DNA from: an uncultured Lentisphaeraceae bacterium
Lineage (GTDB): Bacteria; Verrucomicrobiota; Kiritimatiellia; RFP12; UBA1067
Assembly: GCA_964440985.1 (NCBI GenBank)
Contig: CAYTWE010000006.1
Coordinates: forward strand, 521-64,520
Reading direction: 5' to 3'
DNA length: 64,000 nt
Shown: one piece after another, positions 57,209-64,000 of the stretch
How positions within the stretch are numbered: position 1 is the stretch's first letter
Layout: every line of letters starts with the position of its first letter
Notes under the pieces: generated by a model
What the model saw: the letters and a program-made list of their open reading frames with translations, nothing else
The model's database searches: none
Told to the model about the DNA's origin: nothing
Position numbers and translations under genes: made by a program

Positions 57209-58147
57209 ATGAAAATGTCCCTAAGTATCGTCTGTCTCGCGGCGTTCACCGCAGGCGCCAAGACCGTCCAGATGCCGCCGTCATGCACAACGCCCGACGG
57301 ACTGTGCGTGGATTCACGCGGCAGGCTCGTCATTGCCGCGCCCAACAATGACCGCAAGCAGCCGGGAGCGGTGTTCAGGATGGAGACACCCGATTCTGCA
57401 CCGGTGAAGTGGTTTGACGTACCGCCGTGTCCGGAAACAGGGTATGCGTCGCCGATGGGGATATGCTTCGGGCCGTCCGGTGAGCTGTACGTCTGCGACA
57501 ACCAGAAGGATTCGAAGGGGCGCCTTCTTCGCATCACGTTCAAGGACGACAAGATTGACAGGTGCGAAGCGGTCGCCGTTGGTCTCGACAACGCAAACGG
57601 AGTGAAGTACCTCAACGGCAAGGTCTACATGACGCAGGCGTTCCTGTACGGCGTCAAGCGCGGCGACGGTGCGGCATCGAGCGGACTTTACATGTTCGAT
57701 TCGAAAGACCGCAACGTGCGCGTCGGCAACACGCCGTCCGATGTGCAGTGCGTCTTCTCCGACGTCACGCGCAATCCGGCCATACGCGGCGGACTGAACG
57801 GCGTTGCGGTGGATGGAAACGGAATCATCTACACCGGCAACTATGGCGACGGCCGCGTATGGAGGCTAACGCCTGGTGCGGATGGGCGCATCGTGAAGTG
57901 CGAAGAGATCGTTCATGCCGGTGGGGCGTCCGTGACGCCTGACGGAATGTGCGTCGATGCGGAGAACAACGTCTACATTGCCGATATGCGCGGTGATGCG
58001 GCTGAGATGATATCGTTTTCCGGCAGGTTCAGCGTAATCCGCAAGGGTGGGTTCGTGCGTCCGAGCGAACCGTGCGTGTGGAAAGGATTCCTCTGCGTAT
58101 CGAACTACGGCGGCACTACGCTTGAACTGCTGCCGCTCACCCGCTGA
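57209..58147 (+). CDS. Secreted SMP-30/gluconolactonase/LRE-like or NHL-repeat beta-propeller protein.
   Basis: Signal peptide; repeated 'DG.LYV.D' / 'NGVAVDGNG.IY' blades. Confidence 0.6.
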   Translation: MKMSLSIVCLAAFTAGAKTVQMPPSCTTPDGLCVDSRGRLVIAAPNNDRKQPGAVFRMETPDSAPVKWFDVPPCPETGYASPMGICFGPSGELYVCDNQKDSKGRLLRITFKDDKIDRCEAVAVGLDNANGVKYLNGKVYMTQAFLYGVKRGDGAASSGLYMFDSKDRNVRVGNTPSDVQCVFSDVTRNPAIRGGLNGVAVDGNGIIYTGNYGDGRVWRLTPGADGRIVKCEEIVHAGGASVTPDGMCVDAENNVYIADMRGDAAEMISFSGRFSVIRKGGFVRPSEPCVWKGFLCVSNYGGTTLELLPLTR

Positions 58148-58166
58148 GGATGCGGAAAACGAAGCA

Positions 58167-58198
58167 AACGGCGGCCGGATGTACGTCCGGCCGCCGTT
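58167..58198 (+). terminator. Hairpin terminator candidate after the SMP-30-like gene.
   Basis: A 13-bp stem AACGGCGGCCGGA/TCCGGCCGCCGTT with loop TGTACG; the T-content downstream is only moderate. Confidence 0.5.
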
Positions 58199-58211
58199 CG
58201 TTCTGCCCCCG

Positions 58212-58240
58212 TTGACATACCTACCGGAATGTATTATAAT
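58212..58240 (+). promoter_or_regulatory. Perfect-consensus sigma70 promoter TTGACA-17-TATAAT for the tetR-RND efflux operon.
   Basis: TTGACA at 58212-58217, an exact 17-nt spacer, and TATAAT at 58235-58240. RBS GAGGA and ATG 58265 lie downstream. Confidence 0.65.
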
Positions 58241-58264
58241 CCGCGCCTGTTTTTTGAGGACATA

Positions 58265-58960
58265 ATGGCGAGACGGACGAAAGAAGAGGCTGAAAAGACG
58301 CGTACGCGCATTCTTGCGAGTGCGCTTTCGCTTTTTGCCAGGCAGGGATATGACCACACGACGTTCAACGACATCGCGGCGCGGCTTCGTTTGACGAAGG
58401 GTGCGGTGTATTGGCATTTCAAGTCGAAGGAGGCCCTGCTGATGGCTCTGATCGACGAGATGTTCGAGACGTTCGAGCGGCAGTTCTCCGCGTTCAAGTC
58501 GCCAGATGGGCAGGGAATCGCCGTATCGGAGCTTACGTTCAACGCAGTGGCCGATCTGATGGCGATAGACGCGGAGAAGGTCGTTGGAGACCGCAGGATA
58601 TCGCAGTTTTTCATGCTCATGAAATGCCAGATGCGGTGGTTCGACACCTCGATGGCCAAGGTTCGCGAGAATCTGCTGACCAACGACAGGTTCGGGCCTA
58701 TGAAGGCGTTCAGGTGCGCGGTGGAGAACGACATCCGTGCCGGACGTGCCAGGAAGGGCGTCGATGCTCTTCAGGTCGCGACGGTGTGCATGGCGATATG
58801 GGACGGTCTTGTGCAGGGCTGCATAGAGCATTTCCTTGAATGTGATCTTGTGGATACGCTCAGGAAGTCGTACGAGGCGGTCTGGAACTCCATATGCGCA
58901 GGCGGGGCGCAGAGCATGAACTGGACATCTGCGGCCTGCGGTTCGCCGGAGAGGGCGTGA
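58265..58960 (+). CDS. TetR/AcrR-family transcriptional regulator.
   Basis: The HTH block 'TTFNDIAARLRLTKGAVYWHFKSKEAL' is near the N-terminus. The start is the internal ATG (MARRTKEE). Confidence 0.85.
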   Translation: MARRTKEEAEKTRTRILASALSLFARQGYDHTTFNDIAARLRLTKGAVYWHFKSKEALLMALIDEMFETFERQFSAFKSPDGQGIAVSELTFNAVADLMAIDAEKVVGDRRISQFFMLMKCQMRWFDTSMAKVRENLLTNDRFGPMKAFRCAVENDIRAGRARKGVDALQVATVCMAIWDGLVQGCIEHFLECDLVDTLRKSYEAVWNSICAGGAQSMNWTSAACGSPERA

Positions 58961-58992
58961 CGTTGATTTTGTCTTAACTAAGGAAGAAGAAC

Positions 58993-60234
58993 ATGGAAAA
59001 GAAACAGGAAGAAATGAACAAGGGCAGCGCAATCGGCGCCGTCATCGGACAGGTCGTGCTTGGTGCGGTGTGTCTCGCTGCCGGCTGGATCTGCTGCGGA
59101 CTCTACGGATCTATGGCGGGCAAGGAGGATGGCAAGCCGCGGGCGGTCGGTCCTGCTGAGGTGACGGTCGCGACGACAAACGTCGAGATGCGCGCATACA
59201 ACCTTCCTGAGAAGTTCGTTGCACATGCTGAACCTCTTCAGGAGGTGGAGCTTCTTCCGCAGGTAGATGGCTACATCAAGGAGATCCTCTTCAAGGAGGG
59301 CGATGTCGTCAAGGCCGGTCAGACGCTGTACATCCTCGATGACGAGCGCTACCAGGCTGTCGTTAACCAGCGCAAGGCCGATCTCGAAGCTGCGCAGGCC
59401 GAGGAGCGCCGTGCGGCGCGCTACTACAAGCGTATGCTCGCCGCCGATGCCCGCGGCATCACGCAGCTTGAGCGCGACAACGCCGAGGCCGGCGCCGAGA
59501 GCGCGGCGGCGGCGGTTCTTCAGGCCAAGGCGAACCTCGTCGTCGCCGAATACGACCTCAAGAAGGCGAAGGTCATCGCCCCGATAGACGGGCAGATCGG
59601 CAAGACGTCCGCCCACATCGGCGACTACGTTGCGCCGTCGAAGGGCGCTCTTGCGCACATCGTCCAGATCGACCCGATGCGCGTGAGCTTCCCGCTGACC
59701 GACCGCCAGTACCTTGCATGGCGCGAGGCGATGAAGGAGGGACGGAGCGTCGACAGGCGTACCCGCATCGTCCTGCCTGACGGAAAGCTCTATGGTGCGG
59801 AGGGCAAGTTTGCGTTTGACGACAACACGATGAGCGAATCAACCGCCACGATCGTAATGCGCATGACGTTCCCCAACCCCGACAGGTTCCTCATCCCGAA
59901 CACATACGTGAACCTGCTTATGGATTCGCATATTCCACCGAAGTATCCGTCAGTGCCGCAGACTGCGATATTCGACCTCACCGGCGGCAATGTGGCTGTG
60001 TGGGTGGTTGACGCGAATTCGCAGGTTCACGCCCGCACCGTCAAGACCCTTGAGATGTTCGAGGGCTGGGTGCCGGTGATCCAGGGGCTTGAGGAGGGCG
60101 AAACGGTCATCACGGCCGGCGTCGCCAAGCTCAGGGAAGGTGCGGTCGTCAAGCTGGCCGTGCAGACGTCCAACCACGAAAACAATCCCAACCACAAGTC
60201 CTTTGACGAACTCCAGAAGGGGAACTCGAAGTGA
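58993..60234 (+). CDS. Efflux RND transporter periplasmic adaptor subunit (MFP/AcrA-like).
   Basis: N-terminal anchor; coiled-coil hairpin region 'AVVNQRKADLEAAQAE...' and lipoyl/beta-barrel domains; 'VITAGVAKLREGAVV' in the C-terminal domain. Confidence 0.85.
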   Translation: MEKKQEEMNKGSAIGAVIGQVVLGAVCLAAGWICCGLYGSMAGKEDGKPRAVGPAEVTVATTNVEMRAYNLPEKFVAHAEPLQEVELLPQVDGYIKEILFKEGDVVKAGQTLYILDDERYQAVVNQRKADLEAAQAEERRAARYYKRMLAADARGITQLERDNAEAGAESAAAAVLQAKANLVVAEYDLKKAKVIAPIDGQIGKTSAHIGDYVAPSKGALAHIVQIDPMRVSFPLTDRQYLAWREAMKEGRSVDRRTRIVLPDGKLYGAEGKFAFDDNTMSESTATIVMRMTFPNPDRFLIPNTYVNLLMDSHIPPKYPSVPQTAIFDLTGGNVAVWVVDANSQVHARTVKTLEMFEGWVPVIQGLEEGETVITAGVAKLREGAVVKLAVQTSNHENNPNHKSFDELQKGNSK

Positions 60235-63200
60235 AACTGACCATACGTGAATCCATCGACAAGATAAAGACGTTCTCGCGAATCTTCGTTGAGCGTCCGC
60301 GTTTTGCGATGGTCATATCCATCGTGCTTCTCATAGCGGGATGGATGAGCATCTTCAACCTGCCGATTTCGCAGTATCCGAACGTAACGCCGCCTGAAAT
60401 CAAGGTGACGTACAACTACCCCGGCTCAAATGCCCGTGAGGTGATGAACACGATCGCCACGCCGCTTGAAGACGAAATCAACGGCGTGGATGACATGATC
60501 TACATGAACTCCGAGTCTTCGGACGACGGCAACTACGCGCTCACCGTGTCCTTCGAGGTCGAATCCGACCGTGACATGGACATGGTGAAGGTGCAGAACC
60601 GCCTGTCGCTCGCCGAGGCGAAGCTCCCGGCCGAGGCGAAGGAGCTTGGCGGACGCGTCCGCGCCCAGAGTTCCGATCAGCTCGGCTTCATCGCACTCCG
60701 CGCCAAAGAGGGTGCGGGGCACAAGATTTCGCGAATGGAGATCTCCGACTACATCTACAACAACATCCAGCAGGTGCTTCTGCGAATCCCCGGCGTCGGC
60801 GAGGCGACGGTGTACGGCCCGAAGCTGGCGGTGCGCATATGGATGGATTCGGACAGGATGGCTGCGCAGAAGATGAACTCCGAGGAGGTCATTCAGGCAG
60901 TCTCCTCCCAGAACGTGCAGGCATCGCTTGGCGTCGTCGGTTCGGCGCCTGTCCAGAAGTACGGCGCATTCTCGTATTCCGTGCTGGCCAAGGGACGTCT
61001 GATGACCGCCGACGAGTTCGGCGAGATAGTGATCCGTCGCGACGACAACGGTGGCATGGTGCAGCTGAAGGATGTCGCCCGCGTTGAGATCGGTGAAGAG
61101 AACTACACGTTCGACGGCCAGCTCAACGGAGAGGTCTCCGTGTTCATAGGTCTTCAGCAGACGCCTGGCGCGAACGCCATCGAGACAATGAACGCGGTCA
61201 TGGACACGATGGCCCGTCTCGAAAAGTCGTTCCCTGAGGGGCTTGAGTGGACGCTCCCGTACGATGCCACTGAATACGTGCGCATGTGCATCAAGGAGAT
61301 CGTCGAGACGCTTCTCATCACGTTCGCGCTCGTCGTGTTCGTATGCTACCTCTTCCTGCAGGACTGGAGGGCGACGCTCGTTCCGTGTCTTACGATTCCG
61401 GTGTCGATCTCCGCGACGTTCATCGTGATGGCCATGCTCGGCTACTCCATCAACATCCTTACGCTCTTCGGACTTGTGCTGTCCATCGGTGTGGTGGTGG
61501 ATGACTGCATCGTTGTGGTAGAACGTGTGCAGTATCTCATCGAGACGAGAGGTCTCAACTCCAAGGAGGCGACCATCCAGGCCATGAGCGACGTGACGAG
61601 CGCCGTCATCGCGACGACCCTTGTCCTTCTCGGCATCTTTGTGCCGGTCGGCTTCATGAGCGGCATCACCGGGCGCATTTACCAACAGTTCTCGGTCACG
61701 CTCTCCGCCGCTGTGTGCTTCTCCACGGTCTGCGCACTTACGCTTGCACCCGCGCTCTGCTCGCTCCTTCTCGGCTCGGCACAGCCGTTTAGGCACGGCC
61801 CGTTTGCGTGGTTCAACGCTTTGATCGATGCATTCAAGGGAATGTTTGTGAATATTGCGAAGTTCCTTGCGAGGCGCATATTCCTTTCGCTGATGCTTCT
61901 CATCCTGTCGATACTCCTTACAATCCAGATGTTCTTCTCGACGAAGTCATCGTTCCTTCCTGACGAAGACCAGTCCGTGGTGTTCGCCTCTCTCGAGATG
62001 CCTGAGGGAACCACGATGGATCGCACCCGCGATGTCGCGCTGAGGGCGAGTAGACTTCTGAGGGAGACGTTCCCCGAAGTGCAGTCGGTGCTTTCGGTGG
62101 AGGGAATGTCCATGACGGCCGGACGCGGCGAATCGCAGGCCATGCTCATCGTGGATCTCACCGACTGGACCAAGCGTCCCAACAAGAATCAGCACGCCGT
62201 CTCCGGCATGGTGCCGCGCATCCAGATGGCGCTTGCAGCCATCCCCGAACCTGCGTGGCGCGTGTTCGTGCCGCCGGCGATTCCGGGTCTTGGAACCAAC
62301 TCCGGAATCGACCTCAGGCTTCAGTCCACCGAATCTTCCGACCCGGCGGAGCTTGAAAAGGTGCAGGGCGAAGTGCTCGCCAAGCTCAACGCCAACCCGA
62401 AGATACTTGCGGCGTTCTCCGGCTTCACGTCCAAGACACCGCATCTGCGCTTCCACATGGACCGCACGAAGGCCGAGATGTATCATGTGCCTGTCGCGAC
62501 GGCCTATCAGACGATGCAGAACTATCTTGGTTCCCGCTACGTGAACGATGTCAACCTCGGCACCCAGGTGAACCGCGTGACAGTCCGCGCAGACTGGAAG
62601 GGACGCGATACGCCTGAGTCGATTGGTCGCCTCTATGTGCGCAGCGACACCGGCAACATGGTTCCGCTCGGCTCTCTCGGTACGCTTACCCGTGAAATCG
62701 GGCCGCGCACGATGCAGCGCTTCAACATGTTCCCGGCGGCGAACATAACCGTGATGCCGATGACGGGCGTCGCCACCGGCGAAATCATCGAGTTCATCCA
62801 GGAGATGATGGCGGAGACGCTTCCGGAGGGCTTTGCGTATGAATGGGGCGGAATCACGTTCCAGGAGCAGCGCAACGCCGGATCGTCTGGCCCGCTGATT
62901 CTTCTTGCGCTTCTGTTCGGCTACCTGTTCCTCGTGGCGCAGTACGAATCGTGGACGATTCCGATGCCGGTGATGCTGTCGATCTTCGTGGCGGTGCTCG
63001 GAGCGCTCGTCGGTCTCAAGCTCTTCGGGCTTTCGATGTCCGTGTACGCGCAGCTCGGTCTCGTGCTTCTCGTCGGGCTTGCGTCGAAGAACGCGATTCT
63101 CATCGTCGAGTTTGCGAAGGACAAGCACGAGGGTGAAGGGTATTCAATCGTGGATTCGGCCGGCATTGCGGCCGGAGAGCGTCTTCGCGCCCTGCTGATG

Positions 63201-63455
63201 ACGGCGCTCACCACGCTTCTCGGCGCACTTCCGATGGTGATCGCGACAGGTGCCGGCGCGGCGTCCCGCAACGCAATCGGCGTGACCGAGTTCTTCGGAA
63301 TGCTTGCGTCGGTGGTGTTCGGCATTCTGCTCGTGCCGGGTCTGTATGCCCTCTTCCAGACATGGCGTGAACACGCGAAACGCTTTTTCGCCTATATGTC
63401 CGCGACGGCTGCGCGCCGTCGCACACTGCGGGCGAGGTCAAGTGATTCAAAGTGA
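60231..63455 (+). CDS. Efflux RND transporter permease subunit (HAE1/AcrB family).
   Basis: 1074 aa, 12 TM helices plus two large periplasmic loops. It has the canonical N-terminus 'FSRIFVERPRFAMVISIVLLIAG' and the TM4 'VLSIGVVVDD' block. GTGA overlap with the MFP gene. Confidence 0.95.
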   Translation: MKLTIRESIDKIKTFSRIFVERPRFAMVISIVLLIAGWMSIFNLPISQYPNVTPPEIKVTYNYPGSNAREVMNTIATPLEDEINGVDDMIYMNSESSDDGNYALTVSFEVESDRDMDMVKVQNRLSLAEAKLPAEAKELGGRVRAQSSDQLGFIALRAKEGAGHKISRMEISDYIYNNIQQVLLRIPGVGEATVYGPKLAVRIWMDSDRMAAQKMNSEEVIQAVSSQNVQASLGVVGSAPVQKYGAFSYSVLAKGRLMTADEFGEIVIRRDDNGGMVQLKDVARVEIGEENYTFDGQLNGEVSVFIGLQQTPGANAIETMNAVMDTMARLEKSFPEGLEWTLPYDATEYVRMCIKEIVETLLITFALVVFVCYLFLQDWRATLVPCLTIPVSISATFIVMAMLGYSINILTLFGLVLSIGVVVDDCIVVVERVQYLIETRGLNSKEATIQAMSDVTSAVIATTLVLLGIFVPVGFMSGITGRIYQQFSVTLSAAVCFSTVCALTLAPALCSLLLGSAQPFRHGPFAWFNALIDAFKGMFVNIAKFLARRIFLSLMLLILSILLTIQMFFSTKSSFLPDEDQSVVFASLEMPEGTTMDRTRDVALRASRLLRETFPEVQSVLSVEGMSMTAGRGESQAMLIVDLTDWTKRPNKNQHAVSGMVPRIQMALAAIPEPAWRVFVPPAIPGLGTNSGIDLRLQSTESSDPAELEKVQGEVLAKLNANPKILAAFSGFTSKTPHLRFHMDRTKAEMYHVPVATAYQTMQNYLGSRYVNDVNLGTQVNRVTVRADWKGRDTPESIGRLYVRSDTGNMVPLGSLGTLTREIGPRTMQRFNMFPAANITVMPMTGVATGEIIEFIQEMMAETLPEGFAYEWGGITFQEQRNAGSSGPLILLALLFGYLFLVAQYESWTIPMPVMLSIFVAVLGALVGLKLFGLSMSVYAQLGLVLLVGLASKNAILIVEFAKDKHEGEGYSIVDSAGIAAGERLRALLMTALTTLLGALPMVIATGAGAASRNAIGVTEFFGMLASVVFGILLVPGLYALFQTWREHAKRFFAYMSATAARRRTLRARSSDSK

Positions 63456-63474
63456 CAGAGAACGGAGATTGAAA

Positions 63475-64000
63475 ATGAAGTTGAACGGAACATTTCTCGC
63501 TGCAATGGCGCTCTGCGCCGCCGGGTGCGTGGATGTGCGCCCATCATGGATGACGGTGGGGCCTGATTTCAAGAGTCCGGAGTTCGATGTTGAGGATGCA
63601 GCGTTGAAGGCGCCCGGCGCAGGGTGGCCGATGACGACGAACTTCACGGCCACGGGCGAGTTCAAGCCGGCGAGTGAGGCTGAAGATCCCCGCATCCTCC
63701 TCAAGGCGGAGAACATCCGCAGCTGGTGGCGTCAATTCAACGACGAGCTGCTTTCAAGTCTTGTCGAGAACGCGGTGTCGAACAACCGCTCCTTCCTCAT
63801 GGCCCAGCAGCGGCTTGAGCAGGCTCGTTGGCGTCTTGCAGGATCATGGTCGGATGTTCTGCCGCACATCACTGGCATTGGCGACGTTGAGCGGTCCCAG
63901 GGCGGAAAGAACGGAAAGTCCGGCAAGTTTCACCGCGACGTGTTCAAGGCCGGCTTTGATGCGACATGGGAGATTGACGTATTCGGCGGTGTGAGCCGCG
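63475..64000 (+). CDS. Efflux transporter outer-membrane factor lipoprotein (TolC/NodT family), 3'-truncated by the window edge.
   Basis: Lipobox 'LCAAGC' and the 'NNRSFLMAQQRLEQARWRL' OMF helix motif. It is open to the end of the window. Confidence 0.8.
   Translation, partial: MKLNGTFLAAMALCAAGCVDVRPSWMTVGPDFKSPEFDVEDAALKAPGAGWPMTTNFTATGEFKPASEAEDPRILLKAENIRSWWRQFNDELLSSLVENAVSNNRSFLMAQQRLEQARWRLAGSWSDVLPHITGIGDVERSQGGKNGKSGKFHRDVFKAGFDATWEIDVFGGVSR

Overview
This is a 64-kb, high-GC (roughly 60-65%) chromosomal segment from a Gram-negative bacterium. The gene content suggests an anaerobic glycan degrader: pyruvate:ferredoxin oxidoreductase, a PflX-like radical SAM enzyme, and many Sec/TAT-exported CAZyme-like proteins. 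Lineage cannot be fixed from sequence alone, though it has a PVC-superphylum-like flavour.

I call about 56 protein-coding genes, almost all on the + strand and tightly packed, many with 4-nt ATGA/GTGA overlaps.

Housekeeping genes: panC, dapA-dapB, pth, dus, nifJ (PFOR), a Xer recombinase, rsmE, birA, lpxI, purD, purE, queF, a SirC-HemA fusion with hemL, yebC, hom, glf, two PlsC-type acyltransferases, and a tetR-MFP-RND-OMF efflux operon that runs off the 3' end.

Secreted hydrolase-like genes between them: a GH88/105-like, a GH36/27-like TAT protein, a clan GH-A hydrolase, an SGNH esterase, an alpha/beta hydrolase, a metallophosphoesterase and an SMP-30 propeller. There is also a block of three consecutive giant secreted proteins (13.7-22.5 kb); two of them are tandem paralogs with a CBM9-like N-terminus.

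I found no rRNA, tRNA, CRISPR array, IS element or prophage signature.

Regulatory signals:
- Many near-consensus extended -10 elements (TGnTATAAT), several only 7-9 nt upstream of the start codon, which implies leaderless mRNAs.
- Two consensus sigma70 promoters with 17-nt spacers.
- Four clean rho-independent terminators.

The most unusual observations:
- Two long poly-A tracts (A10 in a promoter spacer, A9 in codons 4-6) at the first giant secreted gene, a candidate phase-variation switch.
- The uncharacterised giant paralog cluster itself.
- Two paralogous DRTGG + GHKL-ATPase (one CBS-fused) signalling modules.
- The SirC-HemA fusion.
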